DNA from: Octopus vulgaris
Taxonomy: Eukaryota
Assembly: GCA_951406725.2 (NCBI GenBank)
Contig: OX597814.1
Location: 72,230,001-72,294,000, forward strand
Reading direction: 5' to 3'
DNA: 64,000 nucleotides
The position numbers and the translations under genes were made by a program. Of the stretch, positions 25,968 to 39,135 are shown in pieces. The notes beneath the pieces are model-generated. The model was not told where the DNA came from. It saw only the letters and a list, made by a program, of their open reading frames with translations, and did not search any database. Numbering within the stretch: the first letter of the stretch is position 1; each line of letters opens with the position of its first letter.

Positions 25968-28964
25968 TCTTTGGTTCTCTTGCAGCTGGGTTATATTCAT
26001 GGGTGTTCTAGCTGCCTAACCTCTGGCCAGAACCTAATGGAAAATTCCTTTTAATTCATGCATCTACACACTTCTGTCGCCCAAAGCAAAAGAAACCCAC
26101 ACTGGTTCTGCTTCCACTCATATAACCTCTCTCACTCCTTGCCTTCTGGTCAATACTGACTCTGTACTTCTGGTTCACCTCATCCCCACACTATGTTCAA
26201 CTGATCACATTCTTTTGGTTTTCTATTTATTTTTCTTGACCTATTCTTGTTATTTTCTAAAAGCACTTTCTTTATATCAAGTATCCTTGTGTGTGAGGTA
26301 GGTCTATCCTATCTATATCCACTTTAAAATAATGGATTTAGAGTGAGTAGTTTTCTGGTTTTCCTATCTACCTTCTTGAGTTCATTTGACTTCTGACTTA
26401 TTGAAGCTATAGTTTATATCTGAGATATATCTGGCATTGAGTTTAATTTTTTTTATCACTAGCCCCACTCTTTCCTTGTGCTCGTTTTCCTTCACTTCTC
26501 TTTGTTGTCACTTATCAGTTTCCTCTACTCCTACATACACATGTGGGTGGTTCTGTCCTAATTCTTTGAGTCTGGTGTCTTAATCTTAATGATTCTAGTT
26601 TTAATTCATTTGCTTCTTGTTCATGTAACCTTGACATAGTCTTATCATATTCTCTTTTTGTTATCACAGCCTAATTCATGTACAGATTTAGTAGTTTCTC
26701 CAGCTGAGCATCAGTTTTTTATTGTCTAGTATTTGTTGCAGTCACAGCATCTGCAACAGCATTACTATGTTTCTTTTGAGTTTATATTTCTTATTATCAT
26801 GCTTTCTTTTATATATTTTATATCTTAAGTATTGGCTATGATTCTATAAATCATTGTTCCTAAAACTGCGTCTGCTTTTCTGAACAGGTTTCTTGGGTTA
26901 AAGCCTCCTCTGAATAAGTTCATATTTTGTAGTCTACATCTGTTTTTATATCTTCTAAGGCCACTGATATATGCATGCCTTCACATTCAATATTTGTAAA
27001 TCTTTATATTTTGAGTGTTTCTTTGATTGATAAGTTCCTGTGTGAGACATGATATTGATTGTATGGCACATTTTATTTATGTGATTTTTATTCATGTTTC
27101 TGTCTAGTTGATTGGTTAAGATCTACTTGTTTCTGACCAGCAGAAAATTTAGTTACATCAGAAGGGCTCATTTATAAAGAAAAAAGAAAAAAATGCTAAT
27201 GATAAATGCTGAATGTGCGGAGCATTTGATGAGATAATCAACAGCATTTTCATATCCTTATTACTGCCATTTTCTGTAACTTACTCAGGATTATAGTAGT
27301 TATCTCTGTGATGTTTATTTTACAATGTCTAAGAATATGCTAATAACTACATTTAGCTGTCTAGTTGCATCTTCATCATCATCTAGTGTCTGTTTTCCAT
27401 GCTGGCATGGGCTGGAACTGGTAAACCAGAGAGCTGCACCATTTCCCCATTCACAGAAAAAATTACATTTTAAAATTTACATGGTCACAATTTCATATCT
27501 AGAGAACAAAAATTTTATGTAAAGAAATTACTTTATATATGAAATATAGGCATCACAATTTCACAGGGGTAAAAATTTAATGCAACATAGCATACTCTGA
27601 AATCCTCTTTTTCTCTCTCCTTTTTCTTTTTCTTGTTCTCTCTTTCTCTTCAACTAAGCATGTGAAAGCGTTACAATTACATTCCCTATTCCCTCTACCT
27701 CACATCATGCACTCTTTTTCTCTCTCCTTTTCTTTCTCCCTCTTTTTCTCTAATTAGATGAAAGTGTTACCAACAGGCTAAGTAACGTAATGACAAGCAG
27801 AATTATTATAAGATTGGCATCCAGTCTTCAACTTATTTATCCTCCATTCTATAATGTTTAACTATATAATTTAACAAAGATTGGAATGGAATTTATTGCC
27901 TCTCTTCGGTTTATTTGTCTTTTTTTACTCATTTTCAATTCACTGTTTCATTATTTTATGTTACATTTTATCTGAAATCACTTGTATCTTTCCTCATTTT
28001 CAGTTTCCTTATAAAGCTTATCAACTCCTTTTTTCTATTTATTTTGTTTTTGTTCTTTTATGTGGTAAAATCCTAAATTCTACTTTTGTCTTGATTCAGT
28101 ATTCAGATTGTTTAAAAAAATGATTGACAAAGATGCTTTGCTTAGCAAACATCTCAAAGTAGTGTGTTTGTGTGTACACATGTGCACATGCACACACACA
28201 TACACATATACATGTAAACACCTACATATATATATCATCAGCAACAGCAGTATCATTGAATGTCTGTCTTCCATCCTGGCATTGATTGGACAGTTTGACA
28301 GGAGCTGGTAAGCCGGAAATCTGCAGCTCTGTTGTCTGCTTTGTCATAATTTCTACAGCTGGACGTCCTTTCTAATGCCAACCACTTTACAGTGTGTTAT
28401 GGGTGCTTTGTATGTGACACCAGCACCAGCAGGGTTGCCAAGTAACTTGTGAGGCAAAGGCTCCTCAGCTGGAAGAGGGTGTTGACCCAAGTGAAGTAGC
28501 TGTGTGCTAGGTGAGAGAGATAGAGATAGGTGTTTTACTATAGAGGAGATACTTCACTTCTCCAATAGGAAAGGAAAGAAGAGGAAGGAGAGATAAAGAG
28601 AAAAATAGAGAGACAGCCAGAGTGAGAGAGAGAAACAGATGGTGTTGGTGATGCATCAGGACCTGTCCACAAGGAACCGCTAAGTTATGGGGATGTAAGC
28701 ACACCAACATCAGTTGTCAAGCAGTAGTGGGGAACAAACACAGAAACAAAGACACATGCATACATATATATATATATATATACACATACATATATATATA
28801 TATATACACACACATATACAACAGGCTTCTTTCAGTTTCCATCTACCAAATCCCACTTATCTACCAAATCTTACTTATGTACTTTACATCTGAAAAACTG
28901 CTAAACCTCTTAACTTTTAACTTCTGATATTTTGTACTTCTGGTCTATCTATCTATCTATCTAT

Positions 28965-29482
28965 TGACCTGCCTGAGATGCGGGCAGAGCGATGAAACTG
29001 TTTTGCACGCAATCATGCAGTGCCCAACAACCTGTGGGCTTATGTCGAATGACTGCTGTCACGTGTGGGACATGTCGGTTTATCAGCCGAGTCTCTCGTT
29101 AATATCGTCACGCCTCCTTCCTTCAAACGGGAAGGAAGAGCTATTTTTATCATACTTGTGGCTATGGCGACAGAATGTATCTGGTGGACGTGCCTGAAAG
29201 GATTAGAGACAAACACTTTCCTCTCTGGTCAATCTCTCATCAACTTCTTCAAGTATCACTTGAAAAGGAAAGTGAGAGTAGAGAGTCAAGTTTTGTCTAG
29301 TGAATCGATTTTTTCTTTTTCCATTTATCAACCCCCCCTTTTTTTTTGCTTTCCTCTTTCTTTCCTTTTACGATCCCTTTTGATCGAAAACCAAACACCC
29401 TTTTTTTTATCCCCAAAAAGAAAAGCTCTACCTTGTAATTTTCCCATCTGTGTGCAGCCCTGTGTTGCTAATAAAGAAACAT
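28965..29482 (+). mobile_element. Tx1/L1-like LINE copy A (5'-truncated, internally deleted)
   Basis: Begins right after (TCTA)5. Contains the C-terminal zinc motif CLRCGQSDETVLHAIMQC. 3' end is gctaataaagaaac followed by (ATCT)3. Confidence 0.85.
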
Positions 29483-29494
29483 ATCTATCTATCT

Positions 29495-30456
29495 GGGGAT
29501 TAGTGGAGGGGAGCGAACCTGGGCATCGACAAGGAATACCTGACCCGCCTTTTTGAGACGACTTTCGAGCCAGGACCTATGGACAACTTCCAGAGATCCC
29601 TGACCTGGCAGTGCTACCGAGAACCGCTACCCGTTCAGGATAAGCTCTATAGGCATGGCTCAAGAAACACGAGGCCGACCTGCCCGAGATGCGGTCAGAG
29701 CGACGAAACCATTCTGCACGCAATCGTGCAGTGCCCAACAATCTCCGACCTGTGGACTTATCTCGAACGACTGCTGTCACGTGTGGGACGTGTCGGTTTA
29801 TCAGCCGAGTCTATCATTAATATTGTCACACTTCCATCCTTCAAACAGGAATGAAGAGCTATTTTTATCATACTTGTGGCTATGGCGAAAGAATGTATCT
29901 GGTGGACGCGCCTGAAAGGATTAGAGACAAACACTTTCCTCTCTGGTCAATCTCTCATCAACTTCTTCAAGTATCACTTGAAAAGGAAAGTGAGAGTAGA
30001 GAGGCAAGTTTTGTCTAGTGAATGTTTTAAAAAAAGATGGGTGAATGTAGCAAGGATGGCACATATGAATGACAAAGCCACCTTGCCTATGAACCGTAAA
30101 AATTAATACAGAGAGTTGCTTATTTGTAAAAAAAATATAACATGTGACTTCATTGACCGAGGTTACCGTAGTCTTTTCCATAAGTTTTTCTTTCCACAGG
30201 TAAACCTCACCTGTCTTCCCCTTTACACTTTATATTGACATTTCTGTGATAACGACCCCTGTTGATCGATTTTTTTTCTTTTTCCTTTTATTTTTATTTT
30301 TCCTCCCCTTTTTTTTCTTTTGCTTTCCTCTTTCTTTCCTTTTACGATCCCTTTTGATCAAAAGCCAACCCCCCTTTTTTTTATCCCCAAAAGAAAAGCT
30401 CTACCTTGTAATTTGTCCCGACTGTGTGCAGCCCTGTGTGGCTAATAAAGAAACAT
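29495..30456 (+). mobile_element. Tx1/L1-like LINE copy B (5'-truncated)
   Basis: zf-RVT-like region (WQCYREPLPVQDKLYRHG..CPRCGQSDETILHAIVQC), ORF end, T-rich 3' UTR, then AATAAA followed by ATCT. Confidence 0.88.
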
Positions 30457-30478
30457 ATCTATCGATTTATCGATAGAT

Positions 30479-32100
30479 AGCAAAAATTAATGGGGAAAAG
30501 TCAGTGGGCTTGCGGCTCAGCACCTGGAGAAGCAAGCCCATGCCGTCCAACAGCGTCTCCATCGTGGGACACTGAACTGACGGACCGGTTAAATTGCTCA
30601 GAGTCTGGTTCGGTCCGAACCTCCAAATGGAGAGGAACTAGGGCGAAATAACGACTAGGGTGGCCACTCTCACCCAACAGTAGGCTGAGAGGAAGCTATC
30701 CCTAAAAGGTCGGGCGAAGGTGGCGAACGCGTACATCACATCCGTCATCGAGTACCGTCTGGCCGTCTTGCCTTGTCCCAACCCTACCATCACCAAACTG
30801 GAATGCATACTCTTCAACTTCCTGTGGAAGGGAAGCATTCCGATGGTTAGGCAATCCATTTGCTGTCAACACCCGCTAAATGGAGGGCTAGGCATGCTGT
30901 GGTTGATGATGCACAGACACGCGCTGAGACTGCGACATCTCCGGCACTTCATAGACGATGGTGAACAGGTGTGGTCGCCTTTTGTGCGACGCGCTTTCCC
31001 GCAGCTCGTCTCCTTGGCCAAACTACAATCATGAATCAAACAGAGACCGAGGCTAGGCGAATGGCACTGCAAGTATCACGTTGCTCTCAAGCAACTCTGC
31101 CGTCCGGGACCAAATTTGTGCGATTTCATTACAACAAAGGCGTTCTATAGAGGATTAGTGGAGGGGAGGTGCGACGACGTTCTTGGGCGAATCTGGGCGT
31201 CAATGAGAGACACCTGACCTGCCTGTTCAGGACAACTTTTGGGCCGGGACCTATGGACCATCACCAAAGATCTCTGGCCTGGCAGTGCTATCGAGAAGAA
31301 TTACCTGTTTGGGATAAGCTCTACAGGCACGGTTCGAGACACACTGGACCAACTTGCCCGAGATGCGGTCAGAGCGCCGAAACTGTTCTGCACGCTCTCG
31401 TGCAGTGTCCATCCATTTCGGACCTGTGGGCTTATGCCGAGCGGCTGCTGTCGTGTGGGACGAGTCCGCCTGTCGGCCGAATCTATCGTGAAAATTGCAC
31501 CACCCACTTCCCTCAACCAGGAAGGCAAGGCAGTTTTCATCTTACTGGTGGCTATGGTGAAAGAATGTGTGTGGTGGACTCGAGCGAAAGGATTAGAGAC
31601 AAACACTTACTTCTCTGGCCAATCGCTTATCAACTTTTTCAAGTACCACTTGAAAAGGAAGGTGAGAATGGAAAGGCAGGTTTTGTCTCGTGAAAGTTTC
31701 AAAAAAAGGTGGGTGAATGTAGCAAAGATGGTGCGTGCGAGTGACGAAACCACTTTGAGCATGATCATGTAAATCGGAAAAGAGAGAGAGAGAGAGCACT
31801 TTGCTCTCATGTGTTTATTTCTTCCCTGCCTGAGGTTACCGTGGTCTTTTCTGTAGGCTTTTCTTTCCATGGATGAACCTAATCTTGTTTGTTACTTTGA
31901 AAAAAAAAAATTTTTTTCCTTCTGTGATACACGATCCCTTTTGATCACTATTTTTTCTTCTGATCCCTTTTGATCGAAATTTTACATTTGTTTCCTTTTT
32001 TTCTTTTTTTTCTTCTTTTTCCTTTTCCATCTCCGAAAAGAAAAGCTCTACATTTGTAATTGTCCCCTCTGTGTCCAGCCCTGTGTGGCCAATAAAGAAA
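30479..32100 (+). mobile_element. Tx1/L1-like LINE copy C (5'-truncated within the RT C-terminus)
   Basis: AKINGEKSVGL...LSLKGRAKVAN...FNFLWKG...HPLNGGLGM...CPRCGQSAETVLHALVQC. Ends AATAAAGAAA followed by (ATCT/GTCT)n. Confidence 0.9.
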
Positions 32101-32234
32101 GTTATCTATCTATCTGTCTGTCTATCCATCTATGAGTCTGTCTGTCTTTCTGTCTATTTATTCATCTATCTCTATCTACTTTTATTTATCTATCTAACTA
32201 CCTACCCACCTACCCATACACCCACCAACCAACC

Positions 32235-35200
32235 ACATGGAAGAGAAGGGAAAAGAAAAAACACGCAATCAATCAAATCAAGGAGAGTCAATACTCCCGA
32301 AAACACAACTCCTGCACAAAATGCACACATTACCACCAACAATACAAACACGAAATGGTCCCACAATGTTGACAGCAATATACACAAACAATTCAGACCT
32401 AATGCAATACATTAGATCAAAACCCAACATAACAGAAGACAATGTCAAAACAAACAATCACCCATGCACAACTCCACCCAACACATAAAAATCATACACA
32501 AAATACACACAACACACTAAAATCTCTCTCCTTGGATGCAGTAAGGAGATTTCAAAAGTACTTACCAAAAAAGATATACAAAAACCTTCTGAGAGAAGAT
32601 TGTGAAGTGAAGAGGAACCAACTTTCTTTTCCTTTCCTTTTCATGTATAAAGCACAACTTTCAATAGGAACATGCTTTGAATAGGTTATATAAATATGCG
32701 TAGCTTGGGATCACCCTAGAAACAAGGCTACCTGTTAAATGACATCGAGTCACAGAATGTGCATATCATAGCCATCAGTGAAACCAGATTCCACAACCTG
32801 TGGGCCCTCCAGCACATATTCAGCAGACAATTCGACATCTATTTTTCTCCGTGTCTGCTGAGAATGGGCTGAGGTGGTAGCACGGTGCTTTTCCAGAAGA
32901 ATTCAGACCTCAAAGTAAGAGCAATATTCCTAGACCTGGAGAGTGGGCTGGTTGTCTTGGATGTCGATGGAAGTAATGGGTGTGCTTTTTGACTGATAAC
33001 AGTTTATGCACTGTCCTTAACAGGTTGGCCTGATTTCTTTCGACATCTAGAGGATTTCCTGGGAACGTCTCAACCTTTACTTTTAGTGGGGGATTGGAAT
33101 GCTACCTTGGACATGCATCTAGACTACATGGGTAGAGGTAGGAATAGGAGGGGATGTAAATGCCTCAAAGACCTGCTCAGACATTTCCAACTGTCTGACA
33201 GGTACTGACTGGACCACCCGAATGTGCCAATGTGGATATGAAGCAACCACATTGGATCATCCAGATCATATTTGGGTAGAGTATTTTGTAGGACAGTGAA
33301 TAGGGATAGTGTAGGTTGTCCACAATTTCATATAGTCAGCTACACACATTACAAATTTGTGACTTGTATGCTTGACTTAGATAAGAAGCATAGGCAGGGT
33401 CCTGGTTACTGGAAACTGAACGCATCGTTCACAGCGCACCAGGCTTACAAAGACTGGATTAGCACATTAGTTAAGAGGGCATTGACAGGCACCATTGTCA
33501 ACAATAGATGGTGGTATGCCCTAAAGAAAGTAATTAAAGCAGAATCAGTTAGGTATAGTAAGGCTCTAGCGATAGATCGAAATAGAATAAAGGGAGACGT
33601 AGTTAAGAAATTAGAAGTGGCATCGCGTCCATCATGCTGGCGGCAAGGTTGGCCCTCGACCAACACTTCAACGCCAAACATGAAAGATATGTTGTCAGAG
33701 CTAGGATGTGTATTCTGAGAAACAAAGGAATTGGAGCCACCCAAGTGGCGGAGGTGCAATGAGGCAACAAAGCTACCATTGGGTCTCTGACAGATGAACA
33801 GGGGCACGAATTACTCAAGCCCAAAAGGATGTGTGAGGCCTTTCAACAGCACTTTGCCCAACTGTTCAGGACAACTGGTGGGTGAGAATGCAGGGTTTGA
33901 TTTTAGTGCCTACCTGCATGGCCTGCCACGACTCTTAGCAAGAGAGGCAGAGTGTTGTGAAAGACCCATCACAGCTGCGAACATATGAGATGCAATGGTA
34001 GACTGCACAGGAAACTTGATTGGAAGCAGCAGTCTACTGCAACTGGCAGCAAAACAGGAGTATCCCCAGTTTTATGAGTCAAAGAGCAGTGGCACTGCTA
34101 AACAAGATCCAAAGAAGGGGAACGTCATAGTTAACTTCAGTCCCATCACTCTGCTCAATGCAGATTTGAAGATTTTGGCAAGGTGCTTGCCGAGAGGTTG
34201 GCGCTTGTCATCGAGAAACTGGTTGACAAGGTGCAAACATGTGCCATGCCAGGCAGGAGTATCCATGGCAACCTCCATCTGATGTACTACATCATTGACG
34301 GGGTAAAGGAACCTGGCATGGGTGGGGCGCTAATCGATTTGGATCAATCAAAAGTTTTCAATAGGGTCGACCATCATTACTTGGAGGCTATCCTTAGAGC
34401 AGCTGGTTTTGGTCCCGTTTTCCATGGTTGGATCACTGCCTTATACGGCAGCATTCGCTCAGTAGTTTGTGTAAATGGTCATCTATCCAGACCATCTAAC
34501 ATCACGCGGTCAGTTCATCAAGGATGCCCCCTCTTGTCGCTTCTGTATGTATTGCTTCTAGAGCCACTACTGCAGAAGCTGGCAATGCTGAGGGGCATCC
34601 TGCAAGAACTGGGATGCGAGAGGGGCCTGCCTGCATATACAGACATCACTTTCATAGTGTCAAGCCACAAGCATATCAACCTGGTTGGTGAGACACTAAA
34701 AGAATACAAAGCAGTAACAGGGGTGAAAATTAACTCGGAAAAGTCAGTGGGCTTGCAGCTCAGCACCTGCTGTCCAACAGTGTTTCCATCGTGGGACACT
34801 GGACTGATTGACCTGTTAAATTGCTCAGGATCTGGTTCAGACTGGACTTCCAAATGGAGAAGAACAGAGATGAGATAACAAGTAGGGTGGCCACTCCCAC
34901 CCAGCAATGGGCCAAGAGGAAGCTATCCCTAAAAGGTTGGGCAGAGTTGGCAAACGCATCCATCATCTATTATTGCCTGACTATCATGCCTTGTCCTGAC
35001 CCTACCATCATCAAACTGGAATGTGTACTCTTCCACTTTTTGTGGAAGGGAAGCATTCTGATGGTTAGGTGATCCATTTGCTATCAACACAATCCATTTG
35101 CTGTCAAAAGGAGGGCTGGGCATGCTGTGGTTGATGCACTGAGACTGCGACATCTCTGGCGCTTCATAGACGATAGTGAATAGGTATGGTTGCCATTTGT

Positions 35201-36112
35201 GAGACATGCTTTCCCACAACTCATTTCTTTGGCCGAACTGCAGTCATGGATCAAACAGACCGAGGCTAGGCAAATGGCACCGTGAGTGCCACCTTGCACT
35301 CAAGCAACTCTGCCGTCTGGGACCAAATTTCTGTGACTTCAATTGCATGAAGGCTTTCTGTAGAGGATTAGTGGAGGGGAGGTGTGACAACGTTCTTGAG
35401 GAGAATCTGGGCATCGACAGGGAACACCTGACCTGCCTCTTCAGCACCACTTTCAGGCCAGGACCCCAGGACCTATGGATAATCACCAGAGATCCCTGGC
35501 CTGGAAGTACTATCAGAAAGCATTGCCCATTCAGGATTAGCTCTACAGGTACGGTTCGAGATACACTGGACTGACTTGCCCCAGATGCAATCAGAACAAT
35601 GAAACCATTCTGAATGTACTCGTGCAGTGTCCAACTATTTCATACCTGTGGGCTTATGTCGAACGGCTGCTGTCATGTGTAGGATGAATTTGCTTATCGG
35701 CTGACTCTATTGTGAATACTGCCCTGCCACTTTCCTTTAACTGGGAAGACACGGCAGTTTGCATTGTACTGGTGGCTGTGGTGAAAGAATGGGAGTTGGA
35801 CTCGTGCAAAAGGTTTAGAGACAAACACTTTCCTCTCTGACCAATTGCTCATCAATCAACTTTTTCAAGTACCACTTGAAAAGGAAGGTGAGAATAGGGA
35901 GGGAAGTTTTGTCTCATGAAAGTTTCAGTAAAAGGTGGGTGAATGTAGCAAAGATGGTACACACGATACACTTTTACCCCATCTTATTTTGCTGTTTACA
36001 TGTCCCAGCCACTTTCGATCCATTTTGATTGGGTTTTTTTTTCCTTTCTTTCGAAAAGTAAAGTTCTACATTGTATTGTCTCCTTGTGTTCAGCCCTGCA
36101 TGGCTAATAAAG
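32235..36112 (+). mobile_element. Tx1/L1-like LINE copy D (near-complete but heavily decayed ORF2)
   Basis: APE endonuclease from 32672 (IGYINMRSL, IIAISETR, LLVGDWNA, GPGYWKLN) and RT (PITLLNADLKILA, IDLDQSKVFNRVDH, VHQGCPL). Also C-terminal zinc motif and gctaataaag followed by tatctatcta. Many stops and frameshifts; 5' boundary approximate. Confidence 0.88.
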
Positions 36113-36925
36113 CTTTCTTTATTATCTATCTATGATCTACCAACAAACCAACCAACCAACCAACCCACCCACCCAAACACACACATACCCATCCATCCAT
36201 CCTGCTAGACCGCTTATACTTTCTAAACATTTGAAACTTCCGAGCCCTTTGAGCTCTGAAAATTTGGGGAAAAACTTTCTGTTTTCTCAAACGAGGATTT
36301 CCAAAGGCCTCCTAGTTGTTCACTGTTCATATAAATATATATGTATACTAATACTTCAGTTTCTCGTCATCTTTTTATTTTAATTTCATTTTGTAATTTT
36401 AAAATTTTTTCGTTTTCTTTAAGATAGTTTTTTTAATATTTTTTTCTATTTTCAATTTTTCATTTTGTCAGTTCTCCATGGTTTTCTCTTCATTACTCTA
36501 TCCTACCATCTTTCACCCTTAACCTTTGGTTTCCCCACTGATAAACTCCTAAACCCCTTCCCCAATTATCACCTCTTCCTGCTACCTGTTCATTCTTTCC
36601 TCCTAGCTCAGCTTTACTTCTCTTAGCATAGCTTCCCTCTCACCTTCCTACTGTGGCATCACCCTGTCACATCTATGACATCACCCTGTCACATTTCTCT
36701 GTACTAGACCATGACCATGTTGCCTGAGATACACTAATATCTTATGTATGTGTGTGTGTATATATAAGTACCGTCGTAGTTTTGTAGTTAAGAAGTTTGC
36801 ATCCTAACCATGTGGTTTTGGGTTCAGTCCCATCTTGAGTTTACATGTACAAGATGTAAATGTTTTACTGCAACACCAGTATACTTCTTTTTTAATTTCA
36901 TCTTATATTTTTTTGTCATGTTGAG

Positions 36926-38127
36926 TTGATTATTGGAGTTCACCAAGGACTGGTTCTCAGTCCTCTCTTGTTTATCATAGTCCTCCAGGCTATAACAGAG
37001 GAATGTAAGACAGGGTGTCTTTGGGAACTACTTTATGCTGATGACCTTATTCTTATAGCTGAATCTCAACCTGAACTAGAGAGTAAATTTCAGGTGTGGA
37101 AGCAGGGCCTTAGAGTTATCTAGCTAAGACCGAAGTCCTAATATGTAGGAAAATGGACCAACTCAAATCCGTTGCCCTGTTCAATATGTAGGAAAGGGGT
37201 TGGTAGAAACTCCATACAATGTACTCAGTGCAAGCTATGGACACATAGATGCAGCAGTATCATGAGAAAATTAGCAGAGAAAGTAGTCTTTGTGTGTAGC
37301 AGATGTGTAAATACAATAAACACTAAGAATGTACAGGAAATAAACTTCCTCAAATGTCTGGAATGATCCTTAGAAGCAGTAGATAGCTTCAGTTACCTGA
37401 ACCAAGTTAAAAGTGGAAGAGGAAGTTCTTAAGCATAAGTTAGCATGCTCTGGTGAATGTGCAGTGTCAGTGTGCATGTAGGACAGTGTAAGTGAATTAA
37501 GAGAAAAATTGGATGTAATAGGCATCAGTTGTGGTGTGCAAGAGAGAAGACTGCACTGGTATGGTTGTGTGATGTATATGCATGTAGCCAGCTGCATAAA
37601 GGAGTGCTAATTGTTGAAGGAACTTGTGGAAGGAGAAAACCCAGGAAGATGTGGAACAAAGTGATGAGGAATGATCTTCAGATGTTGGGCCTCAGATGAG
37701 ATGACAAGGGATCAAGATACCTGGTAGTTTGCTCTGCTTAAGAAGACACATCAAGCTAAGTAAAATTGTGGCCATCCATACATGCAGGTATTCTGCTACA
37801 TTCCTCTCTCAGCCAAGTGGTCCTTCCCTTGAGGACTCATGGGAGCTGGTGTCATAAAAAGCACTCATGCTGGTGCCATATAAAAGCATCCATGTCAGTG
37901 TCACATAAAATCATCCCTGCCAGTACCATGTAAAAGCCCCCCCCATGTCATTACATAAAAGTGTCTGTGCCAGTGTCATTTAGAAAGTTCGCTGTGCACT
38001 TTTAAGTGTTTGGTGTTAGGAAGGGAATTCAGTCAAAATAGTCAACTGGAATCTGGGCAGCTCCTCATCTGTCCGTTTCTGTCAAATTGTCCAACCCATG
38101 CCAGTATGGTGGTGATGATGATGATGA
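36926..38127 (+). mobile_element. RTE-clade LINE, 5'-truncated and decayed
   Basis: GVHQGLVLSPLLFIIVL...ELLYADDL, then a Cys-rich PCSICRKGVGRNSIQCTQCKLWTH...VFVCSRC segment. Then RRLHWYG...RKPRKMW and a 3' tail ccaacccatgccag...(GAT)n. Confidence 0.85.
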
Positions 38128-39135
38128 CTGAAGTGTTTTGGGGGTTTATTTTATCTTTAGTACTATTGATATTTGTATTTTAATAGGATGCCAACAAGTT
38201 AATCATTGATACATTGCACTTACATTGACAATAGTGATGTGTGCCTCTATACTTGACTTTTTCAAAGTTTGTATCTCATTAGCATGACATATCTCTCTAG
38301 CTGCAGCTTCTGGAAGTTTGTCTCATATTTTGGTAACTGAGTGCAAAAGGCTTTTTCTAAAACAGGTATGACTGGTGTGAAATGTGTCAAGAAAATATGT
38401 ACAGCCATTGATGTACTATACAACAGCATATTTCACATTTTTGTGACAGCACCTATCTCTTATGATGTAAGCTACCAGTGGCAAGCTTCTTCACAGCATC
38501 AGTTCCTGCAACTGCAGTGATCCTGAGATTATTTCTTTTGGATTGCAGTGAGTTGGCTGAGTGTGTATTGTATGATGTTATCTTGTATAGATATTTTATA
38601 ATTAGTATCTTTAAGTGCTATGTTCTGGAATTTTTTTCTTTTAGAGCTAGTCAGCCATAACAATAATTCATCTATTTTTAATGTTTATATTCTTGTAATA
38701 AATTAATGGATGGCTCTATAGTGGGTTAATAAAAGCTGTGAATTTAAGTAATTTACTACATGAGACTTCAAATGATCTTTTACTATTTTAATTTAATTTC
38801 ATCTTTTTGTGTTATGATTTACTTAAGAAAAATGTGCCTTGCCCATGGTCTTCATAGGTCCTGCTTAACTAGTGAGACTAGCACAGTTGACATTCATCTT
38901 AAGCAAAGTTAATGAGGAGGGAAATCATGGGCTACAAGGGAATGTTTTTAGAAAAAATGCTCAGAGAAAAAAGAATTAGGAAAATTAATTAGTGGAGAGC
39001 ATAGAAGAAGAGGGGTGTAGTGACAAATGTGTCAAGTAACTTGGGTTAAGAGTGAGTGCAGCCAGTTAGCTTAGCAGTGGAAAGGCCATTGCACTATTGC
39101 AGGAAAGATAGAGAGAGGACACAAGAAACATCATA

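Noticed and set aside
28965-36112. LINE array as a simple tandem duplication or misassembly
   Set aside because: The copies differ in 5' truncation, internal deletions and divergence.
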